This document shows positions 14,407 through 26,270 of a stretch of 64,000 bases of DNA, piece after piece. The stretch's first letter is position 1. Each line of letters starts with the position of its first letter. Below the pieces are notes generated by a model that had not been told where the DNA came from, did not search any database, and was given only the letters and a program-made list of their open reading frames with translations. The stretch comes from Squalus acanthias (lineage: Eukaryota), in NCBI GenBank assembly GCA_030390025.1, contig CM059427.1, forward strand, positions 167,214,001-167,278,000, given 5' to 3'. A program made the translations under genes and the position numbers.

Positions 14407-14496
14407 AACTGAGGCTGCATTTATACTGCCACTTTGATGCAAAGTGGTTTGGGTGAGCATCAATGCAAGAGTGGCAGTATAAAAGCAGCCTCAGTT
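14407..14496. repeat. Inverted repeat, probable small MITE
   Basis: Arms AACTGAGGCTGCATTTATACTGCCACT and AGTGGCAGTATAAAAGCAGCCTCAGTT (1 mismatch), plus inner TTGATGC/GCATCAA. Confidence 0.75.
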
Positions 14497-15199
14497 ATCG
14501 CTTAGAAGATTGTCGAATGCATTAAAGCCCTAAGGTGTGAGATCCCCAGGAGGCTGTCTCACACCATTTTGAGTTCCCAAAGAGTACAGTATAAATTCAG
14601 CCTGAGAGGCATCAATAAGTGTATAGGTGCCTTTTTTATAGCATTTAGTATTATTTGACAAGGGAGTAGAATGCATGACCCTCCAAGTGTAGAAAACACT
14701 AAAATGTTCTGAGATTTGGAGCAACTACAACAGTTTGAAAGTTGTGGTTCTATAGATCTTTCGAGTTCAGTGTGACATAAGAGCATATTTGATTTTGTTG
14801 CATTTTCATCCTTGGTTTTTATAAATATTTTACTTTATTATTGCTTCAGCTCTGCTAAATGTATTTGTTGGCCGAGATTGGGATTATGGTACTGGTGTGA
14901 GATTAGGCAGAGTTTGGAAAGGACTGTTACAGATCTAAAGTTATGCAGTTTCAGTCCCCATTACAACCGTGCATCATAGAGTAATGAAACCAGAGAGTAA
15001 AAATCTATACTAATAAAGTCTGTTTGCCACCCACTAACAAATATAATTGTTGCAGTTTATTTAATATTATGATTGGCACAGTCTCAAAGTGGATTAGATT
15101 GGAAAATCCCCAGGTATAACAATCTGTAGTAGTTGTCATGCCCACTTTGAAAACCAACGATCACATTATCACTAACCCAATGCAAGATGTAAACAAGAT

Positions 15200-15730
15200 A
15201 CAAGACAGAAGCTGGGGCTCAGAAGTGTGGAATCAGCATGCAGTCCTTTCACCTATTGATCTAGGTTCTGATCCAGCCGAGACAACAGTTTTTTCTCTCT
15301 ATAACTCTGTCTGATGAAAGGGTCTTAACAAAATGAGTTTGAGTGTGATTCAATCCAGTTCCTGGTGAATATGAGTTCACAACACAAACTACCCACAAAT
15401 CGGCCTAAATTGGCATTAAATTGACAAGTTCAATCACAGGGCTGGTTAATGTAGGAAATAGAAATCCTGCACTGGTTCAGTAGGAGGGAGCTCTTCTCAG
15501 GTTGGGTTTAAGGCACACTGAGGGAACAATAGCTCTGGTTTCTATGTGTACCAACCTTGTAAAGACATTATTTTTCAAAGCATTTGCAATGTCACTAAAT
15601 GTAGAATGTAGTTACTATTTCTGTAGACATTGTTAGGAGTTTGTATATGACCTGACCTGGGTGTGCTTGATGTTGACACTTGGTTGAAATGGTTTCCATT
15701 CCCTTGAACTAATATTCCTCACTTCAGTGA
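15200..15730 (+). mobile_element. Old SINE with an LF-SINE-like central domain
   Basis: aaatgagtttg...tccagttcctggtg...cacaacacaaa...aattggca; related to 25060-25450 and 52010-52140. Confidence 0.5.
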
Positions 15731-15849
15731 GTATAGAAAACAAACTTTTCTAATTCTAGATCTAAGATGCAATCTTATCATGCAACAGAAAGAGCATTAA
15801 AGGTTAGATTATAAAGCTAAAACCATAAACACTAGACTGGAAAGTAGGA

Positions 15850-15952
15850 ATAACAACAGAAAGCGCTGGAAAAACTCAGCAGGCCAGGCAACATCCGTGG
15901 AGAGAGAAACAGAGTTAACGTTTCAGGTCGAAGACCCTTCGTCAGAACTGAG
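15850..15952 (-). mobile_element. Penelope-like pLTR fragment, second family
   Basis: Nearly identical to 5975-6065; carries a hammerhead motif. Confidence 0.75.
15913..15949 (-). ncRNA. Minimal type I hammerhead ribozyme motif
   Basis: Minus strand reads AGTT-CTGACGA-A-GGGTC ttc GACCT-GAAA-CG-TT-AACT, with stems I and II intact and a palindromic AACGTT. Confidence 0.75.
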
Positions 15953-16226
15953 AAAAAAGCAGGAAAGTAGGGATGTATTTTTATGTTAGTATCCTATTGT
16001 ATATTTTATAACTATCCCTGTTGTTCTAACTCGTGGCTCTTTGATTTATTTTCTCCTGTCACTATTTTTTTTAATATTTTATTTCTCTCACTCTTTGTGC
16101 CATCTCCTGGTCAAAAGTATAGGCAGGCCTCCGATGATGCTACTGTTAAGCCACTTTCTAGGTGGTGTGTAACAGTTCACTACCCCTTGTGTTGATTGTG
16201 TTGCCTTTGCTCAGCATTTACCTGTT

Positions 16227-16780
16227 ACAACAACAACAACTTGCATTTATATAGCGCCTTTAAAGTAGTAATAATGTCCCAAGATGCTTCACAAGAGTGT
16301 TATCAAACAAAATTTGACACCGAGCCACATAAGGAGATATTAGAACAGATGGCCAAAAGCTTGGTCAAAGAGGTAGGTTTTAAGGAGCCTTTTAAAGGAG
16401 GAGATCAGGAGAGATTTAGGGCCTAGGCAGCTGAAGGCATAGCCGCTAATGGTGTAGCGATGAAAATCGGGGATGTGCAAGAGGCTAGAATTGGAGGAAC
16501 GCAGAGATCTCGGAGGGTTGTAGGGCTGAAAGGGGTTAGAGATGGGGAGGGGTGAGGCCATGGAAGGATTTGAAAACAAGAATGAGAATTTTAAAATTGA
16601 GGCGTTGCCAGACCAGGAACCAATGTAAGTCAGTGAGCACAGGGGTGATGGGTGAACGATATTTGGTGCGCGTTAGGATATGTGCAGCAGAGATTTGGAC
16701 GGCCTTAAGTTTACGGAGGGTGCAAGGTGGGAGGTCAGCCAGGAGAGCATTGGAATAGACAAATCTAGAGGTAACAAAAG
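16227..16780 (-). mobile_element. L2 LINE 3' end
   Basis: Reverse complement of 4780-5337; (CAA)n tail on the + strand. Confidence 0.88.
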
Positions 16781-17759
16781 GCAGGGATGAGATCCAGAAG
16801 TTATCATTGTAGAGAATCATGTGCATGAACCCAGATCCTGGCACTCTGTAGCACAGTATAGTGATGTTCCAAGGTGCTGCACTACTTCATCATACAGTTG
16901 TTGTTTGATCCCATTTATGAAAGTATTTTAATAACTTCCAAGTGACCAATTATAAAACTTCTATAAATATGCTGAAATCAATAAAGGCTAATGCCATTAA
17001 GACAATTGATGCTTTACACAGAAATCTTAATTCTCCTTGTTAACAAGTACTATCTGAAAATATAGTTATTTATATCAGAAATATCTATCTTTTTTACAAG
17101 ATTATAACTAACATTTTATTATTATTTATATAACATGTCTGAGAACTGCAAAAATATTTTAATATTATCTCCAAACTCGTTCTGCTACAAAGGTAATTTC
17201 TAAAATATGAATGTCATTGTTAGTTTGTGACACATATTTTCGCTCTGGAGATGAATCTTAACTTATTCCCAATTTCATGTGTCATCAAGTCAGCCTCACT
17301 TATGCAGATATTTATTACATCCTCTGTACATTTTTCAGGAACCAATAGCTTGATATCTGCAGGGAAGATAATACATAATAATTCAGCTGGGTATGCTCCA
17401 ACATTTCTGTTTTATGTGTTAACTGAGACTGTTTAATCGAGCCAAAAATAAAGGTAGTATTGTGGTGTAGATGTAAGACATAACTATTCCAACCAACTGC
17501 GCCATAGTGCAGAAGTTATCATGACTGCACTTACAACAGTGAGTCCATATGGTGAGTGCCCAGTCTCAGCCATACTGTCAAGAAGATGTCACAGGGAAGG
17601 AAAAAAAGGTATAAATTATCCCCAAATTGTTTCTCTCTCATCCTCTTGCACACTATTTAGAGACCACTGGCAGAAACTTGGGAGCATGTTGCTCACCAGC
17701 CTACCCCCTCAAAGTATAAAGTTGTGGGAGAATCCAAAACTAGGATCCATATGTACAAG

Positions 17760-18050
17760 ATAGTTACTAATAAATCCAACAGGGGAAATAAGGAGAAATT
17801 TCTTTACTCAGAGAGTGGTAGAATGTGGAACTCGCTACCACAGGATGTGGTTGAGGTAAATAGCTTAGATGCTTTCAAAAGGAAACTAGACTAGTACATG
17901 AGAGAAAAGGGAACAGAAAGATATGCTGAAAGGCTGAGATGAGGCAGATGGAATGGGAGGAGACTCGTGTGGAGTCTAAACACCAGCACAGACTAGTTGG
18001 GCAAAATGGTCTGTTTCTGTGCTGTATATTCGATGTAATCCTATATGTAG
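17760..18050 (+). mobile_element. Degenerate CR1 3' end
   Basis: ttctttactcagagagtgg...gtggaactcgctacc; 3' stem-loop gggcaaaatggtctgtttctgtgctgt. Confidence 0.75.
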
Positions 18051-19017
18051 CTTGGCAATACATGAAGTGGAATGGGAAAAATATATTTTAAAATTAAACA
18101 TTTATTAATAAATATTTCCAACATTATTTGTCCTCTAATTCCCCATTATAAAGTGGGTGAGATCTCATGCACAATTAGATATTTCACTTTGCTAACAAAT
18201 AGCACAGTAGAGCCAATGCACTAATAGAAGTTAAATAATGAGACTTGCTCTATGATCTTTTCAGTGCTTTCTCTCTACATTCAGTTTGTTCCACATTAGC
18301 AGTTATAGCTATTTGAGAGCACTTCTAAGGCATTTGAGGTATATTCACTCAACTGTTCAAACCAAACAGCTTATCAGGCGAATTAAATGATCACTGGCAT
18401 TGACCGTAGTGACAGCTGACATCTCCAGGGCCCAAGGGCCACTAACATGAAAGCAAGCTTTCTATTTCCTTACAGTATAATATTGCACAAGGACTCTGCA
18501 GCCCTCAACTGCTGCTGGTGGTGGAGTTATTTTAACCCCCTGCTGATTTTCTGTGTATACGGAAACCTTTTAAAGATCAACTGGTTTGGTTGTTCCAGTC
18601 TCTTACTTTTACTGCAGTTGTCTCAAAATTGATTTCCCAATTGTTTTCCCAATATATTACTTCATAAAACACAAAATATGGTGTATAATTCATCCTCCAT
18701 TTTCTGATTGCTGTTTCAATAAGTTGTAAGTTGCTGTCAAATATTTATACAACCTAAAAACATGCACAGAAGTGAAACTTGTGCACTAGATTTTATACAG
18801 CAGCCATTTGAGCACCTATTAGTGTTTTGTGCTTAAAGTAATCATTCCAAAATACACAGATCTCAGAACATTGACTAAGTGTTTTTCATCATGGTGGAAA
18901 TATTCATTTATCTGAACAAGGGATGGTATTGGGCAATGGTGCCCCTTTTACTGAAAGGCATAAATCTGATCTTGTTTTACTAAGGCTCAAATGACTACCT
19001 CTGCTTTATAGAATCAT

Positions 19018-19238
19018 GATGCGGAGATGCCGGTGTTGGACTGGGGTGGACAAAAGTGAGAAGTCGCACAACACCAGGTTATAGTCCAACAGCTTTATTT
19101 GAAATCACAAGCTTTCGGAGCGCTGCTCCTTCGTCAGGTGAAGTCACTTCACCTGACGAAGGAGCAGCGCTCCGAAAGCTTGTGATTTCAAATAAAGCTG
19201 TTGGACTATAACCTGGTGTTGTGCGACTTCTCACTTTT
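19018..19238. mobile_element. Penelope-like element remnant as an inverted pLTR pair (perfect palindrome 19052-19238)
   Basis: 93-bp perfect arms around C19145, flanked by ATAGAATCAT duplicates (19008-19017, 19239-19248); contains a hammerhead core. Confidence 0.8.
19149..19185 (+). ncRNA. Minimal type I hammerhead ribozyme motif (mirror copy on - strand, 19105-19141)
   Basis: TCAC-CTGACGA-A-GGAGC agc GCTCC-GAAA-GC-TT-GTGA: stem I, core, stem II, palindromic stem III (AAGCTT). Confidence 0.72.
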
Positions 19239-19688
19239 ATAGAATCATAGAATGGTTACAGCACAGAAGGAGGCCATTCGGCCTGTCAAGCCCGTGCCGG
19301 CTCTCTGCAAGAGCAATTCAGCTAGTCCCACTCCCCCGCCCTTTCCCCGTAGCCCTGCAAATTTTTTTCCTTCAGGTACTTATGCAATTCCCTTTTGAAA
19401 GCCACCATTGAGTCTGCCTCCACCACCCTTGCAGGCTTGTCATTCCAGATCCTAACCACTCGCTGCGTAAAAAAGTTTTTCCTCATGTCGTCTTTGGTTC
19501 TTTTGCCAAACACTTTAAATTTGTGTCCTCTGGTTCTCGACCCTTTCGCCAATGGGGACAGTTTCTCTCTATCTACTCTGTCTAGACCCCTCATGATTTT
19601 GAACACCTCTATCAAATCTCCTCTCAACCTTCTCTGCTCTAAGGAGAACAACCCCAGCTTCTCCAGTCTATCCACGTAACTGAAGTAT
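19239..19688 (-). mobile_element. CR1 LINE 3' end whose tail is interrupted by the Penelope palindrome
   Basis: ORF 19322-19675 DRLEKLGLFSLEQRRLRGDLIEVFKI; tail (GATTCTAT)n. Confidence 0.9.
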
Positions 19689-20410
19689 TAAATAGGTTTA
19701 CTATTAAAATACATTTTTAAGAAACTACATACATGTGCACACTTATACATATATATATATATATATATCAAGATATTCCACCAGTCTAGCTGGTAGAGTT
19801 TGTTTTGGGCCAGGTTTGTTTTCCGAGTGCAGCTAGCTTAAATTAGTCAGCATTCAGTATATGGCAGGTGCATGCTGAGTAAAATTAAGGCCCCTGATCC
19901 AGCCAATTGGCTAGCAGAGGTTTCTTGGCTGAACACCCATTTGGCTGAATTAATTGGTTTAGTGGCTTCACTTCTGTTAGCATTTAGAAGGGGGTTCATC
20001 CAGTTCTTGTAGTTCAACAGAGTGGGGTAGAGTTTCCACTTTGGCCACAATAGGCGATCTGGACGTAAATTGCACCCAACATTGCTCTAGTTTTGAGAAG
20101 TGTATTTATTTCTCAAGTTTCCATTCAAACGTACTTGCATATTGCTGAACACAAAATCTACCATGAACCAGTGCAATCGGGCAGTGTTTCAGTACGTAAT
20201 TTTTTTGCTTCAAAAAAAAGTTTCCTTGATATATTTTAAGAATGGTAACTTGGTGCAGTTTGGTTAATACAGCTGAAAATGGATTTATCACAAAAAATAA
20301 GCATTTTAATCAGTGTCTAGTCCACCACCTGTGAATAACCTGATTTTAAATAATTGAATATGACTTTTAAAAAACTATACAAAACCATTTGCTAGTTATA
20401 TTGGGGTATA

Positions 20411-20720
20411 TCACAGAATCACAGAATCCCCACAGTGCAGATAGAGGCCATTTCGGCCCATCGAGCCTGCACCGACACATATCCCACCCTATCCCCGTAA
20501 CCCCATGTATTTAATCCCCCTAACACTAAGGGTCAATTTATCATAGCCAAATCAACCTAACCCGCACATCTTTGGACTGTGGGAGGAAACCGGAGCACCC
20601 AGAGGAAACCCACGCAGACACGGGGAGAATGTGCAAACTCCACACAGACAGTCACCCGAGGCCAGATTTGAACCCAGGTCCCTGGCGTTGTGAGGCAACA
20701 GTGCTAACCACTATGCCACT
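20411..20720 (-). mobile_element. HE1-like V-SINE
   Basis: tRNA head, V-domain (revcomp gtggagtttgcacattctccccgtgtctgcgtgggtttcc), CR1-derived 3' tail. Confidence 0.85.
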
Positions 20721-21329
20721 GTATAGTAGTCACTTCCTTAATAAATTAAAAAATATATATATTCAAAAGCTTTTAAAACGTGCCTATTAGTGTCCTTGCG
20801 CCCAAAGGATCCAGCGTAATTTTTAGAGCCTCCTTGATGGCCTGCAAATGAGCGCAATTAGCAGAAACTCCCAATGGTGATTAATTCAATCTGGGGGCGT
20901 GGCCAATTGTGGGCAGGACCTGCTTCTAGCGTGATGTTTTTTAAACTAGCGCAAAAGATTGTGGAAACTTGATTTGTACTGAATATAATTTGCGCTTAAA
21001 ATTCTGCGATCTTTTGCATTGGTTTTGCCGATTTGGCATGAATTGCGCCAAAAAACCAATGCAACCGAGCAGAAACTCCAGGCCAGTACTTGCACTTGAA
21101 AGGAATCACACTTTAACACAAACCAAAGCAACTCCACAAATTGCTGTTGTTCAAAATGTTTTCACCCCTATTACCTATTAAGATCTTCTTAAGGGAGGGA
21201 GGGCAAGTGGGGGGGAGGGGGGGGGGAGCTCTCACCATCAGGACTACATTTAACGAGGAAGTCCTGCCATCAGGACTTCTTTGACAGTGGGATTGTGTTG
21301 ATCATGACTCTTTTAAAGAAGAAATATCA

Positions 21330-22010
21330 TCACCACTACTGTTTGCAATAGACAAGAAGGTGAAGACAAGTGGACATGGTCTGCCTTGTTGGGGGGTGGT
21401 GATTATTGGAGTTCCACAGGGGTTTGTTCTGGGTATATGTTTTTTACACTATTCATAAACTTATGGAGGAAGATGCAACATTTGCTGATACAGGAAATGT
21501 GTTACATTGTGTACACAGTTGATGGGTGCTCATTTCCAAAGACAGAAGAAAGGGGGAAAAGTAAGAATATCACCATTCACTGAAAATATCTAGCCAATGT
21601 CAATACTGTTATCAACAAAGCTAATCATGTGCTCAGATGCATTTGATTGTTGCACCATATATCATATTGAGGTTACATTTGGAATACTGAGTGCAATTCG
21701 GGTTCCCTACCATCAAAAAATTGATGCAATGGAATAGGGTTAGAGAATTTGATTTTCAATTCAACAAGGAGTTTTGCTTGATTTCCTTTGAGCATCAGAG
21801 ACAACTTTCACAGATCCTTATCATCCTAAAGGTTACTTGTGGTTAGTTGGCTACCTCAGGTGATTGAATGGATTGGGTAGTGACCATGATAGGGTGAATT
21901 GTATATCTGTGAAGGGAACAAGCTTCATGTATTGAAAGTCTTTTCTTGTTCTATACTTTCTTAGAAGTTGTTGGAAGGATAGGCCAAATGGCCTTTCTCA
22001 TTCTGTACTT
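21330..22010 (+). mobile_element. Highly degenerate CR1 fragments
   Basis: ggagttccacagggg, tttgctgat, ttggaatactgagtgcaattc and remnants of 3' stem-loops. Confidence 0.5.
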
Positions 22011-24131
22011 TTTCATCTTCTCATAATAGCAAGAAACCATCTTTAGCCATTATATCAATGGAACTTCCTATTTGAAAGTGATAACAATGCAAAAACAAGC
22101 TTGTCCTCCTGGGTTTTGTTGTCTTTTTTTAAATACAGCATTATATCAATGAGTGGATTAGAAGTGGAATAAGACGCAGCATAAGCATAATTTGTCAACA
22201 TAGTTTTTAACCAATACTCACCAATTAAAACACAAATACACAATCAAAAGGCTTTTTAGGCTCATTTAACGTATTTGGTTTTGTTCAGCATTCCCACCCC
22301 ACAGTAATCTTGTCATTTTAACACTTGTGTGGTCTGACAGTCTTGCTGACTAGGAAAGATTTATTTAACACAATGGGATTATTATGTCTGCACTTTCATT
22401 TAATGTGATTTTATGGATCTTATAAAAGAACAAAGTTGTTAAATTTCTTCCTAAAAGCAGACTTGTACATTTCCATGTTAATGTTTTATCAAAATTCATT
22501 GCCATATTCATTGGATTTCAAAAAGACAGTCTCGCCATTAGGAGGCCAGTTTTGACAGTATTAAATCTCCATTCCCCCGCCCACCCTCCTTTTTTTGCTT
22601 CCTATACAGATTCCATCAAGTACATAATTATAGGGTCATAAAGACAAATAAGTTTACCTGCTGTTGTCCTCTGAAAATCTTTACTTTTTTTATTTTGTAC
22701 AAGAAATTTACACACATTTAGGGCCTGGTTTCATACAGAGTACACGCTAGAGTACACAATTCACAACACTTGCAGGCAAATGCAGTCAAAATTATATAGA
22801 GTTAGTCCTATATGTTAGGGTGAGCAGTGCTAAGTGATAGGTCTGGGTCTTTCAGGGAGAGTGTGAAGTGTACAGTAGCAACAGGTTCTTGTCGGTATTG
22901 TGCAGGATCTTGAGAAGTGCCTCCTTGGGTTATCCGTGGCCTGGTCTGGTTGTGGGTGGGAACGGCCTGCCTATCTCAGTGTTTCTCCAACTTTATGCTG
23001 TGGCTGGCAGATGCTCCACATGTACATATACCACATTTGTTGGAGGGTGCCACAATGGGACAATGCATTTTATACTGTCGGGAATGATATCTATGGGAGC
23101 TTGAGAATGGAAAACAATGTTCCATGATTTCACAGTGAATACAAAAGTCTGACCCTTAAAAGTAGAGTCAACTTGACAACTCTGAGTTAGCAATGCAAAC
23201 AAGGTAATACTAAAAACCTCAGTTTAGGAAAATAAATTGCTTAAACGTCACAAAAAAATTAATATTAAAAAAATGAAATGCTTCTTTTCAGCTAAAATAG
23301 TAGGAGGCTCATAATAGCGGTCAGTACTGACTCCCCCTGTAGGGAGATGCCTGGCCCCGTTCTGTATCTCCCTATGGAAATGCAGCTGAAACGGTGAAAA
23401 CAAAATCGGGGAATGAGTGAAAATTGGATGCCGTCCCACTTTTCCATGACACAATATAATAATGCTTCAACATTCTGCACTAACTCCCACAGTCTTTTAA
23501 AAGGTCGGTAACTACAAAAAACTAATTAACGGGCTTTGGTTTGTTCTGTCCATTGCTGTTATAGTTAAACAAAGTTTGCAAAAATTAAATGCAGATGACA
23601 TCATTAAGGTAATAACTTGAATAATTTACTGAACCCAACAGTGTGAGGGAACTAAATGAACAAGTAGTCATGCATTCATAGACCCAGTGATGATTCAACA
23701 TCAACAGTTTGTGTTAACTGAGCTCCCTTAAGTTGAGTTCAGTAACCCTTGTGAGCCCATTCCATCAAAAATAACATCAGTAACAATTTTTTCAACAAAT
23801 ATATCCAAAGACATTTTTTCTTGATTTAAAAAAAATTAATGTTAATTTTATTTTTTAAATTGGTCCTCTATGGTGAGATTTTCATTGTCTAATGCTACAA
23901 ACTGCATTGATCTTTTGCTGGAATTTAATCTCTGTAAACTTTATTTTATAATCAATCAAATCATTAAAAGGAGATTATAATAAATCCTACCACATGGTTG
24001 CTTTGTAATGTTAGATATATTTTCATGTCACCAAATTTATAATATAAAAATATAAATTAATTTTTAAAATACATTTTAAATGCACTATTACTAGAATGTA
24101 CAATAGACAACAAGTGAGCGATGGTAACAAC

Positions 24132-24272
24132 CAATGTTCCCTTTAAGCTGCGTGGCCATGCAATGCTCTGAAGGTCCCGCGCAGCCGGCTTGCCGACTTT
24201 TAAATAGAAAAACCGCACGTGCGGTATTTTGAAAGGGCCGCGCGGCTCCCCAAAAAATTACAGGGAACATTG
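24132..24272. mobile_element. hAT-type MITE (141 bp)
   Basis: TIR CAATGTTCCCT/AGGGAACATTG; 8-bp flanks GTAACAAC/AGAACAAC (6/8). Confidence 0.75.
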
Positions 24273-25059
24273 AGAACAACTAATACAGCATGGAATGAGA
24301 AAAGCCATCAGGCCCCATCATTTTACAGACCGCACACAAACTACACGCAAACTGCTCTATCACCTCTACCACTTATTTGATCTGGTGAAAAGTTCTCCAA
24401 CATTTCTCTGACACCCCAAAATAGTGGCGCAAAACTCCACAATATCTATTGATACTTAATCTCCATTACCACAGATGGCATTTGCACTGCTCCAGCAATT
24501 AAAGGTTTCTGTAGAGATTTTGATTACCTCTCTATGCTTATCCCTATACACTTCAATCACATCCATAACCATACATTTACCAAGTAGGAATGCATTTGTG
24601 GAAAGCAGCTGCATTAATCTTAACAGAAGTACAAGTATAAATATTGCAGAGTTTTACCCAGCTGTCTTTTCGGGAAGGAGAAAATTTACAGAATTTTCCC
24701 TCTGGTGATTAAGGTGAACAGAATTCATGACAGAGAAAATTCTACATGGTCTGTGGAAAGAGCAAGTTTGATGGACCAGATAGTTTCTAGTTTCATCCTT
24801 TAAAATGTTCTAAGTTTTTACCTCCCTTTTGCTATTACTTGTCTTGCCCTCTTCCCTCATTCCATCCCTTCCCTAAATTTCAAGCAGAAGCGAACAACAT
24901 AAATGGAAGATTGTATCTTCCGCCAACTCAAAGCTTTCAGATAAAGCTGTTTTTATGGTTTGCTTTAACATATGCAGAGCCTTCAGTATCTCTGCCACCC
25001 ACCTTATGTTATCTGTTCAACCCAGGATATCATTCAGTGAAACAGTTCATGTCAAAAAG

Positions 25060-25450
25060 TTAGGAGATTGTGTGGCACGGTTTGTTAACACATTACTTTC
25101 ACCTCTGGGATTAGATTCAAATCCAACCCATTTTGTGGAATGAAGGTCTCTCTGCTGCCTATGAAGCCCCTATATGAATTACATTTGGACAGTTATAGCC
25201 CAGTTCTAGTGGGATAGATCCATGGCACAAATTGGCAATAAATAAGCAATTTTACTTAGAGAGAGACCACAAGGAGCAATACATGGGGGCTAAAAATGGC
25301 ACATTGGTGCAGAAGGAGGTGGTCTTTTAGGTTTGGGGCAAATAGAAGCAAACTTTGCTATGCTATGTTATAAATAACCTGGGAATATTTGATGGTGTGT
25401 CTGAAATAAGGAGTGTTCTATTTCCCACTCCTAATCCTTTGCTTTCATGA
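25060..25450 (+). mobile_element. Old SINE with an LF-SINE-like central domain
   Basis: tRNA-like head (gattcaaatcc), then cccagttctagtgg...cacaaattggca...agagagaccacaagg. Confidence 0.5.
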
Positions 25451-25629
25451 GCATAAAAACTCACCACAAACATTAAAATTAGATTTTAAAAAAGGATAAC
25501 AGCGTAGTTTTGGCAAATAAAATATAAGGTGTAAACTTGAGATTTTGAACTCTTGGTATGGGGAGGCGTTCTCATTTTATCCATTATACAGAAGGCAATG
25601 ATTTATGCTAAGGTTTAGTTGCATGGGTG

Positions 25630-26270
25630 CTGGCATCCAGTGCCTCAGCCAAATGTCCATTCTTTATGTGTAAACTTGAGCTCTAGACTATCAGCAAACT
25701 ACTCAGTGATGAAGGTCATCACAACTGGGTCTGATACTATCCTCACCTGGCAGTTACATATATGCATTCTCTAGATAATGATCAGGGACCGTTACTGATT
25801 TTGCTTATCGCTAGTCCAGAAATGCCGAGAGCGATTTCAGACTGAGAACTACTAAAACAAAGATTTTTAGAAAAGACTTGCATTTATGTAATGCCTTATC
25901 ATATCTTTTAGAATCATCCCAAAGCATCTCACATACAATTAATTACTTTGAAGAGTAGTGACTTTTGTCATGTAGGCAACATAGCAGCCATTTTGCAGAC
26001 AGCAGGATACCAACCAACAGTGGGATAAATGGACAGTTAATTTACTTTTGTTGTTATTGATTGAGGGAGGGGTATTGACCAGGACACTGGAATAACTCCC
26101 TGCTCTTCTTTGGATAGTGATTAGATGTTTAATATTTAATATGAAGAAAGGACCTTGGTTTAACAAGCATTTAGAATTAACTTAAAACAGATCAGGATTC
26201 AAACTTGGGATCTTGCTGGTCTGTAAGGCACAATATCACACCACATTATGCTATCCATTGAGCTACCAGG
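25630..26270 (-). mobile_element. Old tRNA-SINE interrupted by a Deu-type SINE (about 25870-26165)
   Basis: Outer parts resemble 50860-51100 and 61690-62045; the inner part resembles 33790-34075. Confidence 0.55.

Noticed and set aside
20640-20720. tRNA genes
   Set aside because: The A/B-box-like sequences are SINE heads without a full cloverleaf.
20770-21090. Possible MITE remnants (also 3100-3325 and 23210-23470)
   Set aside because: Only one TIR-like end is visible in each, so boundaries are unsupported.
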